DNA of 64,000 nucleotides from Eledone cirrhosa (Eukaryota): NCBI GenBank assembly GCA_964016885.1, contig OZ024741.1, positions 160,642,001 to 160,706,000 of the forward strand, read 5' to 3'. Shown piece by piece: positions 25,224 to 38,497 of this stretch (position 1 is its first letter; each line of letters starts with the position of its first letter). The notes under the pieces were generated by a model. It saw only the letters and a program-made list of their open reading frames with translations, ran no database searches and was not told where the DNA came from. The position numbers and the translations under genes were made by a program.

Positions 25224-25400
25224 CTGGGAGGGTCGTGAGGGCAGAGTCCCCAAACACTCCTTCCAGCGGTTCTTGTCAAAAGCAACCGACTCTAACTGAT
25301 CCGAATAGTCCCGCGATTCTTTGAATTTGGATGCAATAGTATCTGCATACCTGATCCTGACTTCCTTATCCACCAATGCTTCCCACTTTATTCTGTACGT
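25218..25400 (-). mobile_element. RTE-like LINE fragment
   Basis: YRIKWEAL and ..DKNRWKECLGTLPSRPSQE ending; similar 3' end at 44860-44910. Confidence 0.55.
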
Positions 25401-25740
25401 CGCCCTAGACCTGCCAGTGGGCATATATTGGTATTTCACTATGGTGTCCTGGGTATATCAATTGTCTGCCATAGTCGAGCAATATTCTTCTGTCGAGGCT
25501 GCATTGTGTGAGATCTGCCTACGGGTAACAAGATGGCCGCCAATGGACATATTTACCTTACTAATTAGAGGGTGGTTTCAGGGGAAGTAACTCCTCGGGA
25601 AATTAGAAATTGTGGGTAGTTTATAGTTAAGAAGTGCTAATTTTTAATTGAGAGACAATGTAAGGGAGGTAACTTATAATTATCTAAGTTAGCTATAACT
25701 ATTTAACTTATTAGCTATAAGTAAAAATGGGACTAGATGA

Positions 25741-26200
25741 CTATGTTGGGTCAAATATTCTGTTGGCGAAAGAATTAGCCCTTCGATGTTGACAGCTAAT
25801 AGTTACCTCCGTTCTATCGTTAATCGGTAGAGGTCGTGATAGAGTTATGTAATACGCTTCGGTAAGACAGAGGTCACAAGAGTTTCTTCGTCCATTGAAC
25901 GACTGGGCCCTAGCCAAAATATCCCATGTTAGTGAGTGTTCAATATTGGTTAATTTAAGGTTTTTAATGAGCCTAGCTAGCGATGTCGAACATCTATTGT
26001 TAGGGTCTCGGAAGGAAAAAGAGTGCACGTTATAGCGAACCTTAAAAGGGTTAGAGGTAGAGCCAATATAGGAGCTGGTATGCGAAGCTATTTTAACTGT
26101 GCACCTATAAACTATATTGGGTGTCAAGCATTGTCCATTTAGTGGGCATGTATTAGGGTAACGGCAGTTGCAGTTACTTCTGCGGTTAGTGAGAGTAGGG
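25741..26200 (-). mobile_element. Penelope-like element fragment (GIY-YIG endonuclease)
   Basis: CNCR..CPLNGQC, NIVYRC..SYIGST..FKVRYNVH..CDLCLTE. Confidence 0.85.
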
Positions 26201-26989
26201 TTGTTTAAACTATGCGGTTGGTGCGTGCTAGGAGGATTAGATGGGGGAGGTGTGCTACTAGAGTAAGTATTGGTGTAGTGGCGTGGTGTATTTGATGGGG
26301 TGGTGGTACCGCGGTGTGGGAGTTATACTGTCTTAGTGGCAGGAGGGATGAATAAACACACACACAGATACTTCTAAATTGTCAGCAGCAGCAAGACATA
26401 AGCTGACCACAACACCAACAACACTACCAAAATGAGGGTAGAGGTCAGATGTACTTAACAATAGCAAACAAAAACACTACAGGTAGCCTCACCCCAGAAA
26501 GAATTTCTATAGACTTTGGACTGAGGAATGCTCCGAAAACTGACCAATGGGAAGTTTGACCTTACAAATCTTTATAACATTGAGATGGGTATAACACACA
26601 CACACATTTTATTCGATTATTTTATTTTATTTTGTTCCTTTACCATCTTATTCCTTCTACCATTTTATCACTTTTTTTTTAGCTGACTCCAACAACAACA
26701 CCACTACCAAAATAAGAATAGAGGTCAGATGTACCTAACAATAACAAGAACAACAACTACAGATTGGCTTGCCTCAGAACGAATTTCTATAGACTTTTGA
26801 CTGAGGAATGTTCTAACAACTGACCAATGAGAGAAGAGGCCCTTTGACGCTGAAATTCGTTTGTTTAAATTCATATGATTCCAGTTCCTCAGTGAAATAA
26901 CAACCCAACCAGGAACTGGGCATATCAGAGTATTGACAAAGTTATACACCTCAACAACATGTGTACTCGTCTCTACCACACTAATTCGG

Positions 26990-27044
26990 ACTGCCTGAAG
27001 AGGTCACAGCCAAAGATGGCTGTCACCGAAATATATATAGCAGT
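26990..27044 (+). ncRNA. Minimal type I hammerhead ribozyme
   Basis: ACUGC CUGAAGA GGU-C-ACAGCCA AAGA UGGCUGU-C-ACC GAAA UAUAUA UA GCAGU: full core, stem I 5 bp, stem II 10 bp, palindromic stem III, then AATAAA. Confidence 0.8.
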
Positions 27045-27187
27045 AATAAACGAAGCCAAATTTTAAACATTTGACTTATTTATTTTATTTTATTTTACAT
27101 TACTCCGGAGTAACCAAACCAGCCTGCGCACTTCGTCGAGTGCTCCAATCTGCATACTGAGGTGTTGGTATACAACCAACATATACT

Positions 27188-27244
<57 letters not shown>

Positions 27245-27256
27245 TATATATATATA

Positions 27257-27315
<59 letters not shown>

Positions 27316-27890
27316 GGGGGGAGTGTGTGTGTGTTAGTGCTATTATTATAAACCCAAAATTGAACGTTCACTTTACTGTAACCATCGTTTAAAAACGACT
27401 TTTTCTTTTTTTAAATGCATGTAATGTTATCTTTTTACACCACCATTTGCAAATTTTTATTTTTATTTTTATTTTTATTTTTATTTTTATTTTTATTTTT
27501 ATTTTTATTTCATATTTATATATGTTTATACACACGATATGGCTTTTTATAATAATAGCACTAAACACTGTTTTTTAGACCCCTTTAGAAATATCCTGCT
27601 ACTATAATAGCCCCAATAACTTGTCTGTAATTCTGTACTACATTGACCCCTTTAATTAAATTCTGTCCAAACAACACCACTAGAAGAATTTACTTCCCCC
27701 GCTACCCTAACACGCCTCATTTAGCTAACTGCTGCCAAAACACTTTCTTCTATACATTCTCTACTACTCTGACAGTCTTGAATCCTAAGACTCCCTCCCC
27801 CTTACTCGCTTCCCTCTTCCTCTTCCCTTCCTACCTCCTACTTTCTCTCATATCTAGTGTATAAAATATTTTCCTATCATTCTACCATAA

Positions 27891-28007
27891 AGGTCTGACG
27901 ACATGGTGTGTTCTCTTACAGTGTACCTACGATTTATGATAATATTTTTATATTATACAAATAGCGAGGTATAGGTAACCCACACACTATAGAAACAATT
28001 GTTACCT
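27891..28007 (+). ncRNA. Type I hammerhead ribozyme with ~90-nt stem II insertion
   Basis: AGGU CUGACGA c AUGGUGUG ... CACACUAU a GAAA CAAUUG UU ACCU. Confidence 0.6.
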
Positions 28008-28049
28008 AATATATTCTTTATACCCGCATTTCCGTTTCATAAACTTCTT

Positions 28050-28159
<110 letters not shown>

Positions 28160-28639
28160 TTATACTTGGGGAGGGTCATATTTGTGTAATATTGCCAGAA
28201 TTAATAACAGAACACACTTACTGTTTGGTTGGTTTTCGCTTGTGTCTTTTATATCGGTTAATTTTATTTATTCGGTCCTCAATGTTGCCATTGACTGACC
28301 AACGGTCAAAAATACAGATACAATATAGACACAAACACATATCTATCAAAGTTCTTTCGTTGCACATCTGCAACATCGTCAGTGGTGCTATTGTTTCCTC
28401 CCGCTGCATTGTATGTCTACGCCATCTTTATTTAGTCTATTTATATATTTATTTATTTGTTTATTTTTTGTCTTCTTTGCGCATGCGTTTGCGTGTGTGT
28501 ATAGTGTTTTGTTTGATGTGTGTTGGTGTTTGGGTGACTGTGTATTGGTTAATGTATTCTATCTTTACTAGTGTGTGTTTATATGTGTTTGTTGTTATTG
28601 TGCTTGTGTATGTATTTATTTATTTATCTATTTATTTAT

Positions 28640-29770
28640 TTATACTTCTCTTAGGTCAGTGTTGTTTGTTTGGGTGTTGTTATTCCATTCATTTTTTCTG
28701 TTTAGCCTTGGCCTTCTAAGTTCTATTTCACTGGCCTCTCTGATTTGCCTATCTGCTGGGTCATTTCTATGTTTAGATATTATTCTAATTTCTATGTTGT
28801 ATATGTTACCGTGGTGTTGTTGTCTGGCATGTTCGTATAGTACTGAACCGTTTTTTTGTCCTTTTAGTTCCCCCCAGTGTTGGTCTATCCTTTCACCTAT
28901 ACTACGAGCTGTCTCGCCTATGTATGTTATTGTCATGTTTCTGCAAGTACCCTCTGTACATCTTATGCTATAGACTACGTTTCTAGTTTTACAGTTTATC
29001 CAGGGGTTTACTTTACATATGATACATTTCCTATTAGTACAGTGGGTTTTCTTAAAAGGGTAGGTTTTGCTGATCAGAGATTTTATGGTGGTTCCTGGCT
29101 TTTCTACCACCTTAATCTTTAAGTGGGTCTTTCTCAGGGCCTTTCTACACTGGCTAGCTAATTTCCCTCCAGGGGTAGCGTCCACAAACATGACACTCTG
29201 GTATCTCTGGTTGTCGTACCATGAGGTGGCTTTCCCTATCTTATGTCTAGCCCTATCTAAGCTATTCTATGATTTGCTCCTGTATAATGGGAAAATTCCT
29301 TTCATGTCCAGTTCTATGAGGGTCTTATACTTCTCCGTGGCTCCTTCGTATACTCTGAATCTGTCTCTTTGGTTGTAGCCAGAGAACTGCATGCGGTTGA
29401 TGAAGTGTTGGATGTGTCTTTCCATTTCTGTTGGGTCGCACATGCGGGATACGTTCTTCATCACTCGTACCAAGTCTGCGATCAGAATATTAAACTTAGC
29501 ACTACTGGACATTGCTGAGTTTTTGAGTATCAGGTATTTGGAGGCCATGGGTTTAGCATAGTGTGAGTGGAGAATTTGGGCTCTCTCGTCTATAGTGTTA
29601 ATCCAGAGTTCCGTGTCTAATACAGGTAGTCTATTTTTAGGGTGTTTGGAAGAGTAGTCGATAGTTACAGTTATACTCTGGTGTTTGGAATTAGCTATCT
29701 GCTGGATGCTTTCCATTGTGCTACGTTCTAAATCAAACTTGTTAGTGCTCTCTTGTGGGGATGTTCTTAT
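28640..29770 (-). mobile_element. Penelope-like element fragment (RT C-terminus + GIY-YIG)
   Basis: LPVLDTELW..HYAKPMAS..FSGY; NCKTRNVVYSIRC..TYIGETARS..RIDQH..RQIREA. Confidence 0.85.
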
Positions 29771-29829
29771 TACTATATTGATAGTCGTACTAAGAGTGAG
29801 AAATGAAATTTCGTTTCATTTTTTCCGTT

Positions 29830-30166
<337 letters not shown>

Positions 30167-30243
30167 ACGAAAGAAGTGTGGTAAGGAACCAGATGGTCCA
30201 TAACGTACCAGAGTATTCAATACTTAGGGTAGTAGAATGGGTA

Positions 30244-30345
30244 ATAGGAAAATGTTTAACCCCGACGGCAGAGTTCAAGCCGTTTCGATGGAAATAGCCG
30301 TCGAAACGGCTTGAGCTCTGCCGTCGGGGTTAAACATTTTCCTAT
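30244..30345. repeat. Near-perfect palindrome, 48-bp arms, 6-nt loop
   Basis: ataggaaaatgtttaaccccgacggcagagttcaagccgtttcgatgg-aaatag-ccgtcgaaacggcttgagctctgccgtcggggttaaacattttcctat. Confidence 0.95.
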
Positions 30346-30918
30346 ATACATGCATATATATGTATATATATATATACACACACATACATATATATTCTTA
30401 TATATATATATACATGTACACACGTACGCACATACACACACACACAAACACAAACTCAAACACAACACAAAAAAAAACAGACATAATCATTTCAGAAAAG
30501 ATAATATGCAATATAAACCCAGTTTCATTAAAAAGACAATTCAAGATAACAAGATACAATTATATAACTGTAGAAGATTTTATAGAAGTAAACAATGAAC
30601 TCTTGTGAGAATTCTTCCACCTGTTTACACCTGAATATATCTGTATATATACAGTAGAATTCTAATGCTGTTACACATTGTCTCCTATTGTTCTTAAGGA
30701 AAACCAAGGTAGGTGATAATTAATATATGATGTTGTTGTTGTTATTATCATCGTAGTAGTTGTTGTTGTTGTCGTTGTTATTGTCGTATTTGCATTTGAT
30801 GACGTGTTTGTGGTATGGTCAGCCCATTGGACATTAATTTCATGAGCAGGCTTTCCCGTTGATCGAACCACTGGAACACTCATCGACGTAACCGACGGAA
30901 GTCCAACATATATACATA

Positions 30919-31244
<326 letters not shown>

Positions 31245-31655
31245 TAAAACATTTCTATAAAATCACCAGATAAAATATATACCATTTCCTCTCCCAATTA
31301 GCATAATTAACCATATAAAAAATCGAATAGATCAAGCTATAAGAATAAGGCTTCTATGAAGAAATCTCCAACAAATAACCGAAACCAGCCCTTCGCGCCC
31401 GCTGCGACGGAATATTTATCGAATATTTCGACAGCGTAATCGCCCAGATATACAGTCAATTAAGCAGAATTAGGTGTAAAATAAACTAGGAGAAAAGAGT
31501 TATAATAGTTATAATAGTTATTGAGGCGGTTTGTATAATATAATTTTATTTTATTTTATCATTCTGTCTGCTTCATGGTTAAATATTTCAAACAAATGTG
31601 GTTCTTCAACCCTCGTAATATTAGACACACGATTTACTGTGTTTCTTACTACATA

Positions 31656-31715
<60 letters not shown>

Positions 31716-31719
31716 TATC

Positions 31720-31940
31720 GACAGTCGATCGACAAGGTCCCAGACCTCGTCAAATCGGACCGAGGAAACAATGTTTCCATTGGTCTTTCTAGTTGTTAAT
31801 ACTATATACCGGTCGCAAGTCCAGGAAGAAGGAGCAACGTGATATAAAGTGTCATGCTCAAGGACATAACGCATCAGTAGGTCCAGGAATCGAACTCACA
31901 ACCTCACGATTGCGAATCCAATTCTCTAACCACTCAGTCT
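31720..31940 (-). mobile_element. tRNA-derived CORE-like SINE
   Basis: Reverse-complement relative of 3978-4170 with B-box. Confidence 0.75.
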
Positions 31941-32157
31941 TCACTAATATATATATATTGAGAGAGAGAGAGAGTAGGGTGGAGGGAGAAGAAAGAGAGA
32001 GAAGTGGTGGAGATGAATCATATCTTATGCCACTCATTGCTTGAAAAGGGTTACCTATATCTGCATTAAAATGTAGTTATCAGTACGATATTTGTGACCT
32101 GGTTAATAATCGAACATATTTTAATTAAAAATCCTTATAATATTGTAGATCACAGTC

Positions 32158-32254
32158 ATGAAGATAGCCCTGATATTTTTAGTTCTGCTGCCTATTGTAC
32201 TGTCTGCCAGTATCGGAACAGAATTCGACGATGAAATTAATAAGAAAAGCCTTC
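32158..32254 (+). CDS. Secreted Cys-rich prepropeptide gene A, coding exon 1 (signal peptide + acidic pro-piece)
   Basis: MKIALIFLVLLPIVLSASIGTEFDDEINKKSL, phase-1 donor c|GTAAGT; acceptor tgtag at 32144-32148 just upstream; homologous to 48319-48229. Confidence 0.85.
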
Positions 32255-32444
32255 GTAAGTTGTTGTTGTTACTACTACTACTACTACTGATGATGATGAT
32301 GCTTTGAGTCGACCTGAAATTATGGATAAGTGTTTTTACCATAATTTCAGGTCGACCCAAACCTTCTGAAATGTTGTAGAATGTATTGTATATCACACTG
32401 TATGATGTTGGTTCTGTCTGGGAATTATAATAAATGTATATATG

Positions 32445-32848
32445 TAGGAATTGCAGCCAAGAGAAGAAGTTGGACGCATTCGATTCCAGGTGTCTGCGAA
32501 AGATCCTGGGGATTAAATGGAGTGACCGTGTAACAAACCAGGAAGTCAGGAACCGCACTAGCAGCTAGTCTCTTCTACCATCTGCAAGCGACGCCTGGGC
32601 TGGTTTGGACACGCTTTGAGACTTCCCCCGGAGAGACTGGCGAACCAAGTACTTAAATGGAACCCGCAAGGAAGCAGACGGAGAGGGCGACCCAAAATGA
32701 ACTGGCGCCAGACAGTTGAGAGGGACCTGCGAGCGACAAACAGACAATGGCGGAACGCTGTGCAACTGGCTGCTGACCGAACGCGATGGAACACTATAAT
32801 TGCCTCATGCGTCGCAAGACGCGGGAGCTTCTGAGTCTGAGTCTGAGT
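32445..32848 (+). mobile_element. RTE-like LINE 3' fragment in gene A intron 1
   Basis: KLDAFDSRCLRKILGIKW, WNPQGSRRRGRPKMNW; (CTGAGT)3 tail. Confidence 0.8.
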
Positions 32849-33199
32849 AGGAATTGACGATAAGTGTCTTGGTTGTTCAATCAATTGATCAGCTTGCTTA
32901 TGAAATTAACGTATAAGTGATTGAGCATTCTAGATACACATGTACCCTTAACGTAATTCTCGGGGAGATTCAGTGAGACTCACCAAGCAACGTGGCTTTG
33001 AGTTACAAATACAGCCCACCCGACAGACTTCCAAACAGTTTCCATCTACCTAATTTCCATCGCAAGGTATCAACTTGTGACTATGGTAAATAACACTTGA
33101 CCCAGATATCACTAAGTGGGATGCAACCTCGGATCTAATAATTACGAAGTGAACTTCTTAACTAGTCAGTCATGCGGTGTTTATACGTGTAGAATGATG

Positions 33200-34660
33200 T
33201 CACGTGGCTTACTGGTTAGGGTGTTTAATTCACGACTGCAAGGTCATGACTTCGATTCCTGGACCAGGCGGCACGTTGTGTCCTTAAGCAAGGCATTTTA
33301 TTTCACACTGCTCCAGTTCAAAAATGAGTGGTACCAGTAATTCAGAAGGCCAGCGTTGTCACATATTGTGTAAAGCTGAAACTGCCCGAAAATTATGTTA
33401 AAAGTATGTGTCGGTGGCATGTTCAACCACTTGCACGTTAATTTCATAAGCGGGTAGTTGTGTTGATTGAATCAACTGGAACATTTATAGTTGGAAACGA
33501 GGGAGATTCAACAACAGAATATTATAGAATACACGTCCACTTACATGAGCAATTAATCCAGTTGAGTGAATAGATGAGTGTTTGACGTCGAAACCCACGT
33601 TGATCGATCTTTGCCTATTTACAGCTATCATCTAATAATTATTTCTAGCTTAGGCACAAAGCCGTTAATTTGAGAGGGCGGGGCAAATTCGATTATGCCA
33701 GCTCCAGTACTTTATTGGTACTTATTTTATGGATCTCGGAAAGATGAAAGGTAAAGTTGACTTCGGGAGAATTTGAACTCAAAACGTTAAAAGTCGTAAC
33801 TAAATACCGCAAAGCATTTTATCTGATGGTCTAACGATTCTGCCAATCCACTGCCATTAAAAATGATTTCTGATTTAGGCACAAGACCAGCAATTTGAGA
33901 GAAAGGTGGGGAAAGTCAGTTATACCAACCTTAGTATTTTACAATCACTTTATTTTATGGACTTCGGAAGAATGAAATGCAAAGTTGACCTCGGAAGGAT
34001 TTGAACTCAGAACGTAGAACATTGTAACTAAATACCACAAAGCATATGGTCCGATGGGCTTTTGATACTGCCAATCCACCGCCCATTTAATAACACATAG
34101 AGCTGTGGAACAAAGTGACAGTATAAGAAGTGGGTATATTGTAGTTCTATCGATTTACTATTGCAAACACCGACCACTACTTCTTTCCTTGAATTCTATA
34201 TATCATAAATCGATCTTATCTCATAAATTCAATAGCTTGTGTCTATTGTTTGTTGATGAAGGCACATGACGTAGTGCTTAGAATGCTGGACTCGTTATCG
34301 TAAGGTTGTGTCCTTGAACAAGACATTTTATTTCATGTTGCTCTAATCTACTCAGCTGGAAAAAAATTAATTGCAGTATCACTGGTACTAAGCTGTATCG
34401 GTTTTCGACTTTCCTCGGACAACATCATATGTATATATCGTGTATATATATATATATTGTGTACTGCGATGACTCAAACAAGTGCCAAGCTGTATTGGTC
34501 TTGGCCTTTACCTTGGATAACATCGCTCATGGAGAAGGGAGACTGAAATGCATAGGTGACTGCTAATCTTCCATATAACATACAGCCCAGGCTTGTGACT
34601 CGGAGAGGTAAACCCATAATCAGTCAAGAGTGCATAACCCATGACCAGTCAGTATTAAAC
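33200..34660. mobile_element. Cluster of old SINEs (+ 33200-33520, - 33640-34085 tandem, + 34260-34660)
   Basis: tRNA boxes and core motifs shared with the other SINE copies. Confidence 0.65.
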
Positions 34661-34727
34661 CTTTCTTTTTCCTTTTATTTTAAATTGTTTATTTATTTAT
34701 TTTTATTTCTTCTTTTTTTTCTTGCAG

Positions 34728-34842
34728 TTGATTTTGTAATCCAACATATCCAAGGTTTGGATTTATCTCAAGGATGTGTCAAAGCCTGTGAGGAAAATGT
34801 CAGTGGAATTGGACAGTTCTTTTGTTCGGCTGCCTGCAAAAT
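34728..34842 (+). CDS. Gene A coding exon 2 (mature peptide core)
   Basis: Polypyrimidine tract + ttgcag|; 115 nt, phase 1/2; (L)DFVIQHIQGLDLSQGCVKACEENVSGIGQFFCSAACK(I); donor GTACGT. Confidence 0.9.
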
Positions 34843-35076
34843 GTACGTCAGTTTATAGTTTATTGTTTTATATATATATTATCAAGAAACAAACAGCATT
34901 CAACGCCTGCCGTCGACTGAGCCAAGTCTTTTGTTATATGTTGTAACTCCAGAAGACTCTTTAAGCGTGACACCTCTTTAAACAGCTGTCATCCCTCATG
35001 TGCATCATGTGACCATACCACCGCAGTCCCCCCTCCTTCACACAGTATTTGATCCTGCCTATGCTCAGTTTTGCCC

Positions 35077-35108
<32 letters not shown>

Positions 35109-35459
35109 ATTATAAATGCAAGGAAAGAGTAGACAAAGAATTACCTCATTTTTCCTCAAAGTTCCTACTGGAGTTTCTTCAACTGTTTTGCACCATAGTT
35201 GCACCAGAGAAGTGCACCAATGTTGTGAGGCTATCGAATCTTCATATATCAAGAAACAAACAGCATTCAATAATAATATTCATACTATTATTATTATTTT
35301 ATTGTTATGGTTCATTTTTGTAAATCTCAGACACTTAGATGTTAAACGACCTGGATATTTCAGTTAGGGAGCAGTCAACAAGCTGCATTCTCTCCTGAGT
35401 CCTGCATGGAGAAGACTTTCTTTAATTTTTTTGCTGTACCAAAAGGTGTTGTCTTCTGC

Positions 35460-35775
35460 ATGACATGTAACCTCCAGTGCAGTTAAACGTGGACCAGGCC
35501 AACGCACAACGGTCATGTGGTAGTGGATGATGGACGTCACCTCTGCCCGACCTTTCAGGCATAGCTTCCACTCGGCCCATTTCTCGGTGAGACCAATCAC
35601 CCTGCTCGTTACCTTGTCATAAATTTTGTCCAAACTTGTTCCCGAACAATTTAACCGATCCGTCCGTCCAGCGCTCAATGACGTTGCTGGATGTCAGGGA
35701 TCTGCCTTTCTATACGCCAAGCGGCAGGCCCACCGACAATTTCTGCTTAATTTCCTTTCCAGTGACCGCCTTCTA
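35460..35775 (-). mobile_element. Degraded Tx1-family ORF2 fragment
   Basis: KVTSRV..LTEKWAEWKLCLKGRAEV..VVRWPGPRLTALE matches ORF2 of copies 1/2. Confidence 0.75.
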
Positions 35776-35902
35776 TAATATGGCCCTATTTTGACTTTGT
35801 AACAGATATTGTGCAATAAAACGTTTTGAAATCAGGTGAAAAACAATAAACTTACAGAAACAAAACAAAAGTAATAATAGTAGTAACAAGAATAATAATA
35901 AA

Positions 35903-37270
35903 TTATCTGCCATAAAGACGCTTGCAATCCCTGTTGTCACCTACGGTTTCAATATTATAAATTCGAACGTTAACGAAATTAAGAGAATAGACACCAAAAT
36001 CGGGAAACTTTTGACCTGAAATAGAATACATCACCCAAAAGTAGATGTGGGTCGCCTCTATCTCCCTGGACAAAATGGACGTAGAGGAATGATCCAGCTA
36101 AAGCTTTCATACGGGATATCGATCATTGGACTTAATCACTATATTAAAATCACAGATGAGTGGATGATGAAGGTCGCAGTTGACAAAAGGAAGAGGTTAC
36201 ATTCAATCACAAAGGAAAGTAGGAAGTTTGCGGAAGAACTGGGAACACAGTTTGAAAATAATGGTTTCTGATTTAGGAAAAAGGTCAACAATTTCAGAGG
36301 GAAGTCGTTTAAATTGACCCCAGTGCATGACTGGTACTTTAATTTATCGATCTCGAAAGGATGAAAGTCAAAGCTAACCTCGGTGAGATTTGAACTCAGA
36401 ATGTAAAGAGCCGTAACCCTATGCCGCTAAGTATGTTGTTCGATGCTCTACCGAATTTGCCAATCCACCGCTCTACTGTTTGGAAATAATAATGGTGATT
36501 CTGTAATTAAAGCCGCAAAGAATATCAAAGTGTTGGCGGCAAAACCTGAAGGCCGGCAGAGACTGCGCACTAAATGAGAGCAATAAACCACTGCATGGGC
36601 AGTATGTTCTCCGTAGCAAATAACCTGATGTAGATCAAGCTCTCACCCATCAGTGGCTGCAGAGTTCTGGGCTAAAATCAGAGAGTGAGGGCTTCATTTT
36701 GGTTGCGCAAGATCAGTGTCTTCCAACGCGCAACTTTCAAGCCAATGTGATCAGAAATGGAATTGACCAAAAGGGTCAATTCTGTGACGATCATGTTGAG
36801 AGCTTTGACACCTGGTTTCAGGCTGCAAGGTATTAGCTCCCCAGGAATATAAAATGGGGCATGAAAGAGTAGGGCAATACTCGAAAGAGTTTGGAAAGCT
36901 CAGTTAGTATAAAGTTCTATCAACTGAAATTGATAAAATGTGGTATCTAAGAGCAGTACAATACCAGTGATAGTCGGTGCATTTGGAAGGATAAAAAAAG
37001 GGAGCTGAAAAATATTTCGACCGGATACCTGGAAAGCCATCTCTGCAAGAGATACGGAAAATAGTGCTGACTGACACTGTCCATGTCCTGAGACAGGCAT
37101 TATCAATTTAAAAACGTTGCAAAGACATTTAGTGTTGTTTGTGCCCTTGTGGCATCATTTGTATGACAATTGATTGTAAAATGTATGTATTATCAAATTT
37201 TGTCTCGGGTGCCAGGTTGACACTCGGCATGATTTGGGAGAGAAGCAGGATTCAAAGGAAGTTTCAAATA
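35903..37270 (+). mobile_element. Degraded R4/Dong-type LINE with an inserted SINE (36262-36472, -)
   Basis: AIKTLAIPVVTY, HHPKVD..LYLP, HQWLQSSGLKSESEG..AQDQ; (TAA)n flanks. Confidence 0.8.
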
Positions 37271-37436
37271 ATAATGATAATAACAATAATAATAATAATA
37301 ATTTAAGTACAAACACAGCAACTTCGAAGGAGGGGAAATCGTCATAGTGGTTACAAATTCAATTTCACTTTCAATGTATCAAACCGAAAGAAAGCCTAAT
37401 GTTGAAACTTATTAAAGAAATTTTTTTTTTTTTCAG

Positions 37437-37473
37437 CATCTTGCAAAACACCCATCCTACGGGAACACCCTAA
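37437..37473 (+). CDS. Gene A terminal coding exon
   Basis: Long T tract + cag|; (I)ILQNTHPTGTP*; AATAAA at 37529 and 37584; resembles gene B exon (I)LLQQTGK*. Confidence 0.75.
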
Positions 37474-37895
37474 AAGAAAACAAATGGATGGCCTGGTTGT
37501 CAGCTATTTTTAACAAAGAAATTATACAAATAAAAATGGCGATGACAATGCCCCCGTTTTTGCAATATATTTCTTAAAGTTTCAATAAATAAAACAATTC
37601 TGAAAAATAATTCCTTATTTTGTGCGATTTCTTTCCATTTATATACCACTAGAAGTCTTTGTTTATATATCAGTGTGCTATTGAATATATGTGATTGGAA
37701 TATATATATAATTTTTTTAATTACAACATATTGTAGACTTGCCCATTTAAACGATTTATTTCTCCCTTTAGTGTGATCCCCTTTTTGTTGTGGGCATCGT
37801 TGTGTGGTTAAGGAGCTTGCTTTACAGCTAGATGGGCAGATAATACCCTCGGATTAACCACCAATACCTTACGAGTAAATATTATTTCAATAATG

Positions 37896-38497
37896 AAGCG
37901 GTGGATTGGCAGTATTGGGAGAGAGTCCGACGCCATGCTTTGACGTATAGAGTTACGGCCCTTGCCATTCTGAGTTCAAATCCCGCCGAGGTTAACTTTG
38001 CCTTTCATCCTTACGGGGTCGATAAAATAAAGTACCAGTAATGCACTGGGTAATTGCTGGCCTTGTGCCTAACGTAGAAACAATTATTTCAATAATGAAG
38101 CGGTGGATTGGCAGTATCGGTAGACGGTGGGACGCCATGCTTTCCAGCATAGTTACGTCCCTTTACGATCTGAGTTCAAATCCCGCCGAGGTTGACTTTG
38201 CCTTTCATCCTTACGGGGTCGATAAAATAAAGTACCAGTAATGCACTGGGTAATTGCTGGCCTTGTGCCTAAAGTAGAAACAATTATTTCAAAAATGAAT
38301 AGGCGGTGAATTGGCAGTATCGGTAGAGAGTCGGACGCCATGCTTTCCAGCATAGATACGTCTCTTTACGGTCTGAGTTCAAATCCCGCCGAGGTTAACT
38401 TTGCCTTTCATCCTTACGGGGTCGATAAAATAAAGTACCAGTAATATATTGGGTAATTGCTGCCCTTGTGCCAAAAGTAGAAACAATTATTTCAATA
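37896..38497 (+). mobile_element. Head-to-tail trimer of the ~200-bp SINE
   Basis: Units start ~37896, ~38098 and ~38301, joined by attatttcaa(t/a)aatgaa. Confidence 0.9.

Noticed and set aside
26401-26830. ~130-bp direct repeat pair (26401-26530, 26681-26830)
   Set aside because: Diverged local duplication with no coding or structural signal
34556-34858. 100-aa ORF as a single-exon gene
   Set aside because: Its 5' part is SINE and polypyrimidine tract; only 34728-34842 is the exon
35808-35840. Alternative last exon for gene A (IYCAIKRFEIR*)
   Set aside because: Lies between LINE relics and has no similarity to gene B; 37437 matches the paralog and has a stronger acceptor
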